Assembly (NCBI GenBank): GCA_003649495.1
Contig: QMRZ01000001.1
Coordinates: 1 to 35,666 of the forward strand
Direction: 5' to 3'
Source: Thermoprotei archaeon
GTDB taxonomy: Archaea; Thermoproteota; Thermoprotei; Thermofilales; Thermofilaceae
DNA length: 35,666 nt
The notes under the pieces are model-generated. The model had not been told where the DNA came from, searched no databases, and saw only the letters and a list, made by a program, of their open reading frames with translations. Positions 1-8,061 of the stretch are shown here, piece by piece (the stretch's first letter is position 1; the number at the start of each line of letters is the position of its first letter). Made by a program: the position numbers and the translations under genes.

Positions 1-625
1 AGTGGATTTGGGCGGGAGGGTGCCTGTTAGCTAAGGGCACTGGAATCAGTAAATGGGACGGGGAGGGAATTACGGTACTGTCATGTAGCTGTCTCTAGAG
101 CCCTGTGGGGCAGTGACATTGGACTGTAGCTTTCTGTATCGTGGTGTGTCTCTCCGCTTCCCAGTGCTGCCCGGGTGGGTCTATGGGGTTGGAGCTGTGA
201 GGCTGCTAGTGCCCCCCGGGTGGGCGTGGGGAGCACGACCCCCACAGCCTGCCCAGGGCAGCGACGAGCCCATCCACGCCTAACACAGGAGGACACAGCT
301 CGACACACGATGCCACGGATGGGAAGATCGGCGAGCAGTAACCACTCATCACGCTATCCTTGTCGACTTAAACTATCTACAAGCACCTTATCAAGGATCT
401 GGGCTCTGGCTGCCCCCTTACTCATGGGTAGGGTTTCTCCTCACCTCCTAGCGGGGCTTTTAAGCCGGATAGCTCACCTGGTCTCACTAACTAGGCTTTA
501 AGATGTCGTACACTCAATATTCCCGTCTCCACCAGCTGTCATTAAGCCTAGAGTTACTGCCTAGCCTTTTGACATACTCAGCTTTGCTGCTTAGTGAAGG
601 TTTTACGAGCTCAAGCAGAGAAGGG

Positions 626-740
626 TGGAGCCCCGGCCGGGATTTGAACCCGGGTTCTCCGCCTTTCTAGGGGCCCTCGCTGCTAGCCAGCGCCGCCCAC
701 CTTACCAGGGCGGCGCTCTGCCAGGCTAAGCTACCGGGGC
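626..740 (-). tRNA. tRNA-Thr (anticodon GGU), intron-containing, 3' CCA encoded
   Basis: The reverse complement folds as a cloverleaf. Acceptor GCCCCGG/CCGGGGC, D stem GCUU/GAGC, anticodon stem CCGCC/GGCGG with loop CUGGUAA, T arm CCGGG-UUCAAAU-CCCGG, discriminator U, then CCA. The 115-nt gene is 77 nt of mature tRNA plus a 38-nt insert after position 37. Confidence 0.85.
665..702 (-). other. tRNA intron, 38 nt, canonical 37/38 position (boundary ambiguous by 1-2 nt because of flanking A residues)
   Basis: The insert AGGUGGGCGGCGCUGGCUAGCAGCGAGGGCCCCUAGAA interrupts the anticodon loop. It contains an internal CGCUG/CAGCG hairpin. I did not fully verify a bulge-helix-bulge fold. Confidence 0.7.
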
Positions 741-764
741 TCTTCCTTCAGTGGTTACGCCTCC

Positions 765-778
765 TTTAAGTTTTTATG
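765..778 (-). promoter_or_regulatory. TATA-like element upstream of the tRNA gene (may also serve the divergent clp1-like gene)
   Basis: The minus strand reads CATAAAAACTTAAA, 25-38 nt upstream of the tRNA 5' end at 740. Confidence 0.4.
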
Positions 779-885
779 GGTTTCGTGGCGAGACCAGTAG
801 CTAGGGTAAGTTTAATGGTGGCGGCGGGCCTGTAGGGTGGGGGGTGGCCAGGCTCTCTCGATAGTGTGTCTGAGGGGGGAGGCGA

Positions 886-2166
886 ATGTTGCCTAGCCGT
901 AAGCACTTAGTCAAGGGGTTATACAGGGCTGAGGGGCCAGCGCGGCTGAAGGTCGTGGAGGGGGGCTTCTATGCGCTGGGCAGGGTCTTTGAGAAGGGAG
1001 ATGCGCTAGTGGTGCCTAGGGGGATAGTGACGTGTATCGAAGTGGATGCTGAGTGTATCGTGGAGGGAGTTATCGGGGGGTCTCTAAGTGAGGCTAGACC
1101 GGAGGAGGAAGTGATCGGAGTTTGGCGGGAGTTGTCTGAGGAGGTGGTGTCGAGGGGAGGCAGGGTAGTCGTAGTTGGGGAGGTTGACAGCGGGAAAACA
1201 ACGTTTTCCACGTTTCTAGTGAATACCGCCTTAAGCAGGGGGCTAAAGGTCGCATTCATAGACGCCGATGTGGGACAGAACGATGTGGGGTACCCCGGCA
1301 CTATAGCGCTGGCAGTCCCCACAGCCCCCCTCTCATGGCTAGGCGAGCTAGAGCCCTTAGCTCTCTACTTCGTGGGGTCTAATACGCCAAGTGGATGTGA
1401 GGATGCCGTAATATTAGGCCTATGCAAGCTGCTCAGAAGGGCTGAGAGCTATGATGTAGTGGTAGTTAACACAGATGGCTGGGTGGCCGATAGGAGGGCT
1501 AGGATGTACAAGGCTAGGCTGATCGAGGCTGTGATGCCCGACACGCTAGTAGTTATGGAGGGCACAGGTGCTTCAGAGCCCCTAGCTCGGATGTTCGAGA
1601 CTTCTCGCATCCAGGTCGTGAGAGCGCCAACGCCCCCTGGCGCCAAGGGCAAGGAGAGGGAATTGAGGAAGATGAGGAGAGAGCTAGCCTACCTGGACCT
1701 CCTGAGGAAGTCAGCTGTCAGGCGATTAGACGTGAAGGCCATCAGATTCTGGGGCGTGTGTAGCCTTAATGGTGGGGTTAGGGATGAGAAGCTCGAGTCA
1801 GTACTATCCTCTCTGCTGGGCGTGGAGGCGCGCGTGGAGGTGTGTGGGGGGGTCATGGCAGTGATAGTAGGGGATGAGAGGTCTTACAGGACGGTGCTAG
1901 ACGCTAAGAGGGAGTTAGTGAAGCTCGTCAGGAGAGAGGTAGTGGTCACCAATCTGGGGAGGCTTAAAGGCCTCCTAGTCGGCCTGCTAGATGAGGAGTT
2001 GGAGTGCGTGGGTGTGGGAGTAGTGGAGGAGGTCGAACCTCATAAGGGCTACGTGAAGCTGAGGACTCCGGTCAGCGTGGATCGCGTGCGCTTGATAGTC
2101 CCAGGTCAGCTCAGGATATCTGAGGAGGGCGTGGAGAGGGAGCGAGGGCTACCGCCATTAGCCTAA
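886..2166 (+). CDS. clp1: Clp1/Grc3/Nol9-family polynucleotide 5'-hydroxyl kinase
   Basis: 426-aa ORF. The P-loop VVVVGEVDSGKTT is followed by IDADVGQ, the GxxDxGKT ... DxDxGQ pairing typical of Clp1-type kinases. A purine-rich GGGGGGAGG lies just upstream of the ATG. Confidence 0.75.
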   Translation: MLPSRKHLVKGLYRAEGPARLKVVEGGFYALGRVFEKGDALVVPRGIVTCIEVDAECIVEGVIGGSLSEARPEEEVIGVWRELSEEVVSRGGRVVVVGEVDSGKTTFSTFLVNTALSRGLKVAFIDADVGQNDVGYPGTIALAVPTAPLSWLGELEPLALYFVGSNTPSGCEDAVILGLCKLLRRAESYDVVVVNTDGWVADRRARMYKARLIEAVMPDTLVVMEGTGASEPLARMFETSRIQVVRAPTPPGAKGKERELRKMRRELAYLDLLRKSAVRRLDVKAIRFWGVCSLNGGVRDEKLESVLSSLLGVEARVEVCGGVMAVIVGDERSYRTVLDAKRELVKLVRREVVVTNLGRLKGLLVGLLDEELECVGVGVVEEVEPHKGYVKLRTPVSVDRVRLIVPGQLRISEEGVERERGLPPLA

Positions 2167-2217
2167 TCCTGAGGGAAAAGATTTTCCCTAAGTCATCTCT
2201 GGAGAAGGGGGGTTGAG

Positions 2218-2835
2218 TTGGAACCCGTAGAGGCACTCCTCAACACCATGTTGGAGATTGCTGAACAGATACTCAAGGTTGCTAGAAACATGGACAAGAG
2301 ACAGGTTAGGCGCATGCTTGAGATGTTACTGGAGGCGCGCGAGAAGGGGAGGAAGGTAATGGTTGTAGGAGCTGGCCGCTCGGGGCTTGTCGGCAAAGCA
2401 TTTGCAATGAGGCTTATGCACCTAGGCTTCAGCGTCTACGTGCTGGGCGAGACGATAACGCCCGCCGTAGCCAAGGAGGACCTGATAGTCGCGATCTCGG
2501 GGTCGGGGACTACGCAGGTAGTAGTTAACGCAGCAGAGGCTGCTAAAAGGGTCGGCGCTAAGGTAATAGCAGTGACCTCATTCCCCGATTCCCCGCTAGC
2601 TAAGGTGAGTGATCACGTGGTCCACATACCGGGCAGGACAAAGGTCTCTAAGGAGATAGACTACTTCACGAGACAGATACTGGGTATTTACGAGCCCCTG
2701 GCTCCTCTAGGCACGCTATTTGAGGACGCTGCCATGGTTTTCTTCGATGGGGTGATAGTGGCTCTGATGAAGGAGCTAGGCTTGAGTGAGAGCTACATGA
2801 GGGAGAGGCATGCTAATATAGAGGTGCCTGGCTGA
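2218..2835 (+). CDS. hxlB: 6-phospho-3-hexuloisomerase (SIS domain, RuMP pathway)
   Basis: VMVVGAGRSGLVGKAFAMRLMHLGF..VLGETITPA..IAISGSGTT is the PHI-type SIS pattern. The track start is TTG at 2218. An ATG at 2248 is an alternative. Confidence 0.85.
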   Translation: MEPVEALLNTMLEIAEQILKVARNMDKRQVRRMLEMLLEAREKGRKVMVVGAGRSGLVGKAFAMRLMHLGFSVYVLGETITPAVAKEDLIVAISGSGTTQVVVNAAEAAKRVGAKVIAVTSFPDSPLAKVSDHVVHIPGRTKVSKEIDYFTRQILGIYEPLAPLGTLFEDAAMVFFDGVIVALMKELGLSESYMRERHANIEVPG

Positions 2836-2836
2836 A

Positions 2837-3112
2837 CTACCTACTCGAGCTAAGTGCGCGCCTTATATCATCCTCAGTGGCCTGCTTGACGATGTACCAT
2901 TCCGCCCGCCCCTTAACCCTCTCATGCTTGATGAAGCCGGCGTTCTCGAGCACCATCAGCGTGTGATGTAAGAGCGAGTAGCTAGTAGCTACATTCCTCT
3001 CTAAGACTATCTTCAGGAGATCGGGTGTGCTCATTCTCCCTCCCTGCTCCTCGAGTATCTTATAGACTTTCACCGCTCTCTCAATAACCTGGGGACTCCT
3101 AGGCCTAGGCAT
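2837..3112 (-). CDS. small winged-helix DNA-binding protein, family not recognised
   Basis: 91-aa basic ORF with an HTH-like core (MSTPDLLKIVLERNVATSYSLLHHTLMVLENAGFIKHE). An AT-rich promoter-like tract lies directly upstream. Confidence 0.5.
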   Translation of the reverse strand: MPRPRSPQVIERAVKVYKILEEQGGRMSTPDLLKIVLERNVATSYSLLHHTLMVLENAGFIKHERVKGRAEWYIVKQATEDDIRRALSSSR

Positions 3113-3128
3113 ACTCAGCCCCTATGCA

Positions 3129-3139
3129 TAATTTTAAAT
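3129..3139 (-). promoter_or_regulatory. TATA-like box for the 91-aa wHTH gene (leaderless-type spacing)
   Basis: The minus strand reads ATTTAAAATTA, 17-27 nt upstream of the ATG at 3112. It sits in the only strongly AT-rich stretch here (3126-3160). A second element, AAAAATTTAATTTT, lies at 3146-3159. Confidence 0.4.
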
Positions 3140-3220
3140 CATGGAAAATTAAATTTTTCTATTCTCAGCCACCCGGTTTAGACGTAGCTACGCGGCAGAG
3201 CGGGACTATGTCGCAGACGT

Positions 3221-5122
3221 TTATCCGCCCTCCTCCATCGCCCTCGCGAACTCTATGTACTTGGATAATAGCTCCTTGACACCATTAGCTGCTTCCACGG
3301 AGTAGCCGAAGGTCGCTAGGTACTTGCTTAGGTAGGGGTCTAGCACCCGCTCATCGAGTATCGCGACAGCAGCGTAGTCACGCTCAGACCTGACACTCCT
3401 GCCGATGGCCTGTGCGACTCTCACTGCTGCTGGGATCATGTACACCAGCCGCCATGCCGCATCGCTATCTCCTACTTTATACTTGAGGACCTCAACTAGC
3501 TGTCTGTTGAGCAGGTTCGGCTCAGGTACTGGCAAGCCCGCCAGCACTACCAGTCTAATCAGGCTAAGTCCATCAGACCTGAGCTCTATTCCCTCCACTA
3601 ACTTGCCCCATGCAACGCAGAGAACGAGGAGCTTCTCGTACCTCTGCGCAGCGGAGATTACGTCTTCAAGCTTGGTGTTCTCGCGCTCCATGAATAGTGG
3701 TCGTGCCCTCAGATAGGCCCTAATCGCCTTAGCCATGTCGTAGGAGGGGGCTACTACCAGGGCCACTCCCCGCCTTAAGTGCATATACAACTCGTCTATT
3801 ACATGCGCCATGAGGCCGTAGGTAGCGGCGCCACGCTCCACGTACCTGGATGACACTCCTTTCATCACCATCACCTTAACGCGCCTAGCCCAGGGCAGCG
3901 GTATTCTCAGCTCCCTTACGCGCCCTTCCTCTAGCCCGAGCATTGAGACCATGTAGTCGCGGGGAGGTAGCGTCCCGCTCATTAGAATGGCGCTCCTCAC
4001 TCCTTGGAAGACCGCGCCCGCCTCCCCTGCAGGTGACACACAGAGGTTCCTAAGCGCAACGTCTCCATCCATTGGTTCAGCCACTAAGGTGTAGCCAGGC
4101 TTGTGGCGGGCTACTGCCTTAAGGAAGGAGGCTACGCTGCGGATAGCAGTAGCTCGCCCTACCCTGCTCTCCACCACGGCGGCTATCCTCATTAGATCAT
4201 CGGGATTGGGGGCGACTTCTATCAGATCACCTCGCTCAACCTCTATCTCCCCCCTCCTCTCCACTGCTCTCCTCAGCTTAGACATGAAAGAGTATAGCGA
4301 GTACAGGTCTCTCTCCACCTTCTCGCATTCACCGCCTCTACAGTAGCGTGACACCTCCCGGCGTGCTGCCCTTACCCGGCGACTGGTAATCTCCTTACTT
4401 AACACACTTATTACGGCGCTGGGCAGGTTGTGTGCTTCATCAACTATGAGTAGAACTTCGCTTAAGCCTGTGCCCAAATCGCTGAGGAATGCGCGCCTGA
4501 TCTCTGGGTCGAAGATGTAGTTGTAGGCAGCTACTATCACGTCGGCTGTGCTGAGAGCGCGCCGTGCTAGCTCGTAGGGGCATGCCCCAGCTTCAGAGGC
4601 CCTCGCTAGCAGCTCTCGAGGGCTGAGCAGCCCTTCAAGGCTGACACTAACTTCCGAGGCGCGCCGGTGATAGGGGCAGAGCCCGCTTCTAACCAGCTCA
4701 CTGCAGAACCTGAGAAACTCGTCATATGGCAGCAGCTGTACTCCCCTAACTAGGCACAGATCCCTCTTGTTCTGGAGGAATACGGCGTCAAGCTGTATGC
4801 GCTTAGTGATGGTCTTAAGCTCCCTCAGAGGAGCCTGGAACTGGGTCCGCGCTCTAACCAGGTACACCACTTTGAAGCCCCCGCGAAGGCTAGCTGCGAG
4901 GGCCCCCGTAAGCGCTGCGGCAGTCTTGCCAGCGCCCGTCGGGTAGCCTACCATTAAGTGATTTCCCTCGAGTGCACTATCACGGACTGCCTCTGCTATC
5001 TCCCTCTGGCCAGCCCTCCAGCTATTGTAGGGCCATATATCCCCTATATCCACGTTAATCGATAACGAGTCTAGTCTCCTCTTTAATTGTTCGCAGCACG
5101 AACATGGTGCGGGTTGACTCAA
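3221..5122 (-). CDS. xpd: XPD/Rad3-family 5'-3' DNA helicase with a 4-Cys Fe-S domain
   Basis: Walker A GYPTGAGKT and DEAH box VDEAHNL. Four Cys lie between them (DLCLV, FCSELVRSGLCPY, GACPYE). The longest ORF overlaps the lrp-like gene by 68 nt. A GTG at 5053 sits 1 nt after the lrp stop and is the more likely start. Confidence 0.9.
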   Translation of the reverse strand: MSQPAPCSCCEQLKRRLDSLSINVDIGDIWPYNSWRAGQREIAEAVRDSALEGNHLMVGYPTGAGKTAAALTGALAASLRGGFKVVYLVRARTQFQAPLRELKTITKRIQLDAVFLQNKRDLCLVRGVQLLPYDEFLRFCSELVRSGLCPYHRRASEVSVSLEGLLSPRELLARASEAGACPYELARRALSTADVIVAAYNYIFDPEIRRAFLSDLGTGLSEVLLIVDEAHNLPSAVISVLSKEITSRRVRAARREVSRYCRGGECEKVERDLYSLYSFMSKLRRAVERRGEIEVERGDLIEVAPNPDDLMRIAAVVESRVGRATAIRSVASFLKAVARHKPGYTLVAEPMDGDVALRNLCVSPAGEAGAVFQGVRSAILMSGTLPPRDYMVSMLGLEEGRVRELRIPLPWARRVKVMVMKGVSSRYVERGAATYGLMAHVIDELYMHLRRGVALVVAPSYDMAKAIRAYLRARPLFMERENTKLEDVISAAQRYEKLLVLCVAWGKLVEGIELRSDGLSLIRLVVLAGLPVPEPNLLNRQLVEVLKYKVGDSDAAWRLVYMIPAAVRVAQAIGRSVRSERDYAAVAILDERVLDPYLSKYLATFGYSVEAANGVKELLSKYIEFARAMEEGG

Positions 5123-5522
5123 CCCCCTCTATCCTACCTATCTCATCAAGTACCTTAGTTAGCTCCTCTCGGCTCCCCACCCTGACCTTGAGGATTGTGT
5201 AGTACTCCCCCGTCACGTCATATATCTCGTACACGTCTGGGATCTCCTTAAGCTTCTCTAACACCTCTTCGTACTTCCTCGGATCAGCTGTTAATGCTAT
5301 TATGGCAACTGTCCCCTTCCCCACCTTCTCCGGATCTACTATCGCCTGAAACCTCTTGATCACGCCCTTCTTAAGCAGCTTCCTTATCCTCAGATGGACT
5401 GTAGCCTCGCTCACCCCCAGCCGCTTGGAGATCTTGGAATATGGAGTCTTTGCGTTATCCTGAAGTATCCTGAGCAGCTCTTTATCAATTTCATCCAATG
5501 CCACGCGCGACTGGCTCGACAT
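5055..5522 (-). CDS. Lrp/AsnC-family transcriptional regulator (HTH plus RAM domain)
   Basis: 155 aa. LDEIDKELLRILQDNAKTPYSKISKRLGVSEATVHLRIRKLLKKGVIKRF is the classic AsnC HTH. The C-terminal half looks like a RAM domain. Confidence 0.9.
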   Translation of the reverse strand: MSSQSRVALDEIDKELLRILQDNAKTPYSKISKRLGVSEATVHLRIRKLLKKGVIKRFQAIVDPEKVGKGTVAIIALTADPRKYEEVLEKLKEIPDVYEIYDVTGEYYTILKVRVGSREELTKVLDEIGRIEGVESTRTMFVLRTIKEETRLVID

Positions 5523-5569
5523 GACTCTTCAATATATCCTAAGCGAGAGGAGATTAAAAACCCTTTACC

Positions 5570-6238
5570 CTATAACTCGAACTCCTCGCAGGGCTTCAGC
5601 ACCACTACTTTTGTCCCCCTAGATCTTGAGGTGACTTCCTTTGCGAATACTTGGGGATCAGCTCTAATGGCTGGGAACGTATTGTAGTGCATGGGGATTA
5701 CAACTCTGGGCTTCAGGAGGGAGGTGAAGACCGCAGCCTGGAGGGGATCCATCGTGTAGTGCCCGCCTATCGGCACCATAGCGATGTCAACTGGGTACAA
5801 CTCTGCGTAGAGCTTAATGTCGTAGAAGAGGCCTGTGTCCCCAGCGTGGTACACAGAGCCCTCGCGGCTCCTCACTATAAAGCCGACGGGTATGCCCCGC
5901 CCAGAGCTGTGCAAGGCTGGCGTAACCACTACTTCGAGCCCTTCCACACGTGCTGGGCCTCCTACATTAACACCTACAGCTCTCAGCCCCCTCTTAGCCG
6001 CCTCAACCGCTATCTCGTGAACCGCGACTAGCGTCGCGCCAGTCCGCCTACATATGTCGAATGCTTGGCCAATATGGTCGTCGTGGTCATGGGATACCAG
6101 CACTAAGTCCACGTGACCTAACTGCTCCACACTTATGCACGATTGCGGATTACCCTCTATCCAGGGATCAAATAGTAGCCGCTTGCCATCCATCTCCACG
6201 CAAAAAGCCGCGTGCCCCAGGAACTTTACCTTCATCAC
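5570..6238 (-). CDS. UPF0173-type metallo-beta-lactamase-fold hydrolase
   Basis: 222 aa. The start MKVKFLGHAAF...LLFDPW and the motif VSHDHDDHIG (HxHxDH) match this family. Confidence 0.8.
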   Translation of the reverse strand: MMKVKFLGHAAFCVEMDGKRLLFDPWIEGNPQSCISVEQLGHVDLVLVSHDHDDHIGQAFDICRRTGATLVAVHEIAVEAAKRGLRAVGVNVGGPARVEGLEVVVTPALHSSGRGIPVGFIVRSREGSVYHAGDTGLFYDIKLYAELYPVDIAMVPIGGHYTMDPLQAAVFTSLLKPRVVIPMHYNTFPAIRADPQVFAKEVTSRSRGTKVVVLKPCEEFEL

Positions 6239-6257
6239 TCTCAGCAGCCAGACGGTG

Positions 6258-6266
6258 CTTATTTAG
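6258..6266 (-). promoter_or_regulatory. TATA-like box for the MBL-fold hydrolase gene
   Basis: The minus strand reads CTAAATAAG, about 24 nt upstream of the ATG at 6238, inside an A-rich tract. Confidence 0.3.
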
Positions 6267-6284
6267 TTTGTTTTTGTTAGTAAG

Positions 6285-7076
6285 TTAGATGAAAGCTGCG
6301 AAGAGCCTGTACAGGAAGAGCTGTAGCGCGCTTGAGATTAAGTAGCAGATCACTGCACCCACGAGCGCCCTGCGCGCTGAGACGAAGCCACCTTCCTGAA
6401 TAGCGGCCATTAGCACTACAGCGCTCCATATGGTGAAGAAGGCCATGTGAGCCTCCAGCGCTGTTGACAACCCTGGTACTGCGCTGAGCGCAGCTGAGGA
6501 AAGGCTTAGAATCACGCTCACGTTGCGTATTGGCTGCGCCAGTACCAGCTCTATCGCCTTATAGGGAGACAGGAAGTACGCGGTAATTATCGCCTTTGAG
6601 GCTACTTCATAGAGCTTCACGCCGAGGGCGTACCCGCCCAGCACTACAGTGAGGTGCGTAGAGCCTCCCACAGCCCTGAGTGCGATCCATATGCCCACGG
6701 ACGTGGCGGTCCACGTTATGAGACTGTAGCCGAGTGATAGAATGTGTAGCCGCAGGTAATACTCGTCCTCAAGCTCCCCAAGCCTCCTGATATGGCCAGT
6801 AGCGTTGACTGCCACAACCCTCAATACACCTCCTGATGACGTAACACGGGGAGGAGACAGGTGACCGCCCTTAGCCGTGGCCAGCATAACCTTAGATGCA
6901 ATTACGGAGTTTCCGAAGAGATGCATAAACGCTAACAGGATCATACAGGCGAAAGGACCAGCTATATCGGGCTTCAGCGCTATCTCTGCGAATGCGGAGA
7001 AGGGGCTTATGCCCACGAGCAGGATGCGCTTGAACATCTCTTCAACGCCTACCTCCTCCCTCCCCCACTCACTCAA
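6285..7076 (-). CDS. polytopic integral membrane protein, Yip1-like topology, function unknown
   Basis: 263 aa with at least 5 hydrophobic segments. The N-terminal pattern FKRILLVGISPFSAFAEIALKPDIAGPF resembles Yip1-domain proteins. The start overlaps the upstream 80-aa ORF by 8 nt. Confidence 0.5.
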   Translation of the reverse strand: MSEWGREEVGVEEMFKRILLVGISPFSAFAEIALKPDIAGPFACMILLAFMHLFGNSVIASKVMLATAKGGHLSPPRVTSSGGVLRVVAVNATGHIRRLGELEDEYYLRLHILSLGYSLITWTATSVGIWIALRAVGGSTHLTVVLGGYALGVKLYEVASKAIITAYFLSPYKAIELVLAQPIRNVSVILSLSSAALSAVPGLSTALEAHMAFFTIWSAVVLMAAIQEGGFVSARRALVGAVICYLISSALQLFLYRLFAAFI

Positions 7077-7311
7077 CGATTCTCACCTCAGCTTTGGGGG
7101 CTGCAGTTCTCACGAGCTCAGCCACTAGTTGTGCCTCAGGAGATAACTTGATGACCTCAGCCCTGCCGCTGGGGTCCACTAGTATTATGGCTACGAAGCG
7201 CTTGCCATCGCCCACCAAGTACTCAAATGAGTGCATCCTAACGCTAAATCCGTGCTCCCTGAGGTGCCACGCTATCTTAAGCCTCGTCCTCAGGTCTAAT
7301 ACTGGGTACAC
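7069..7311 (-). CDS. small hypothetical protein (80 aa), probably co-transcribed with the membrane protein
   Basis: GTG start with a TATA-like element about 36 nt upstream. No recognisable motif. Confidence 0.4.
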   Translation of the reverse strand: MYPVLDLRTRLKIAWHLREHGFSVRMHSFEYLVGDGKRFVAIILVDPSGRAEVIKLSPEAQLVAELVRTAAPKAEVRIVE

Positions 7312-7340
7312 ACGCCCTCATAGGTCGGCGAGCTCAGCGC

Positions 7341-7352
7341 CTTAAAAATTTG
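7341..7352 (-). promoter_or_regulatory. TATA-like box for the 80-aa ORF / membrane protein unit
   Basis: The minus strand reads CAAATTTTTAAG, centred about 36 nt upstream of the GTG at 7311. Confidence 0.4.
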
Positions 7353-7819
7353 ACAGTTCTCCCCCCGATGAGGCAGAAATCTGGCACCTAGCTCTCCTCC
7401 GCCTCCGGAGCCCTTGGCCTACTTCCCAACATCTCTGCTAGCTCCATTCCACCTTAGTAGCTGAGCCGTACGAAGATGCCTCTCTACCCTGAGAGGATGC
7501 AGCAGCCCCAGGCAAGAAGTTATCAGCTAGAGGTACCACCCGCACTAGCTCATCCAACCTTGCCTCTTAGCCTAGGGTTTGGGTACTCGAGCATGCTCCT
7601 TCAGTCCTACTCCGAATCAGCGCCTCCTCCAATGGATCCCTTTTAATGAATCCCTTGGCCTCTTCACAATAGGGGGTCAGCGAGATCGGTGCTCATCACC
7701 TTATATCAGGGCGGAGCTCAACTCCTTCATCCCCCTTTAGAAGATAGTCGGCGCTGCCTTAAAGGATGCCGGGCTTATGAGAGCGGGGTGCCTAGTCTGG
7801 ATTGCCGAGAGACGGTAAG

Positions 7820-7827
7820 ATTATAAT
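7820..7827 (+). promoter_or_regulatory. TATA-like box for the small ORF at 7858
   Basis: ATTATAAT is centred about 34 nt upstream of the GTG at 7858. Confidence 0.35.
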
Positions 7828-7857
7828 CTAGGGTGGATTCTTGCAAGGGGGGTTTAA

Positions 7858-8061
7858 GTGCCTTCGATGAGGGTGTTAGTGGGGGGCCTGGTAGTCGCGC
7901 TCGCAGCCGTTGCCTCAGCAGCCTTAGCATGGATTGCATGTTACGAGGTGAGGGCGTGTGAGGGCAGTTCTCAGGCTTATACTGGCTATGCCCTTATAGC
8001 TATCCTATCGCTCCTCATACTATCCTTGATCCACGTCGTATCTGTCAAGCTTCGGAGGTGA
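7858..8061 (+). CDS. small two-TM membrane protein, hypothetical
   Basis: 67 aa with two hydrophobic helices (LVGGLVVALAAVASAALAWIA and YALIAILSLLILSLIHVV). A promoter-like element lies upstream. The 3' end overlaps the convergent ORF by 17 nt. Confidence 0.3.
   Translation: MPSMRVLVGGLVVALAAVASAALAWIACYEVRACEGSSQAYTGYALIAILSLLILSLIHVVSVKLRR

Noticed and set aside
100-420. Identification of the structured region as SRP (7S) RNA, RNase P RNA or 5S rRNA
   Set aside because: On neither strand did I find the helix-8 pattern AGGNCC-GNAR-GGNAGCA, the RNase P GAGGAAAGUCC / ACAGAA..GGCUUA pair, or 5S loop motifs. Only partial look-alikes appear (GGAGCAC, ACAGAAAGCUAC).
455-480. tRNA-like fragment GCCGGATAGCTCACCTGGTC, a possible att-site remnant
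   Set aside because: Only the D-arm resembles a tRNA. There is no matching D-stem 3' strand, anticodon arm or T arm, and it is not a duplicate of the adjacent tRNA-Thr.
81-501. ORFs 81-308 (minus) and 175-501 (plus) as protein genes
   Set aside because: The translations are Arg/Ser/Pro/Cys/Thr-rich and unlike the other proteins in this window. Both strands are open only because the region is GC-rich.
5054-5122. Cys-rich N-terminal extension (MSQPAPCSCCEQ...) of XPD as an extra metal-binding motif
   Set aside because: It lies entirely within the 3' end of the lrp-like gene in another frame. A GTG start immediately after the lrp stop explains the gene without it.
7499-7518. AGCAGCCCCAGGCAAG, resembling the 3' strand of SRP RNA helix 8
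   Set aside because: The matching 5' strand (AGG of the symmetric loop, GNAR tetraloop) is absent. The adjacent hairpin has a UACCCU loop instead.
7677-7699. C/D-box sRNA-like half on the minus strand (GUGAUGA, 12 nt, CUGA)
   Set aside because: No credible C' box or terminal D box at the expected spacing, and no terminal stem. A similar lone GUGAUGA occurs near 346-352 (minus strand) and also lacks a D box.
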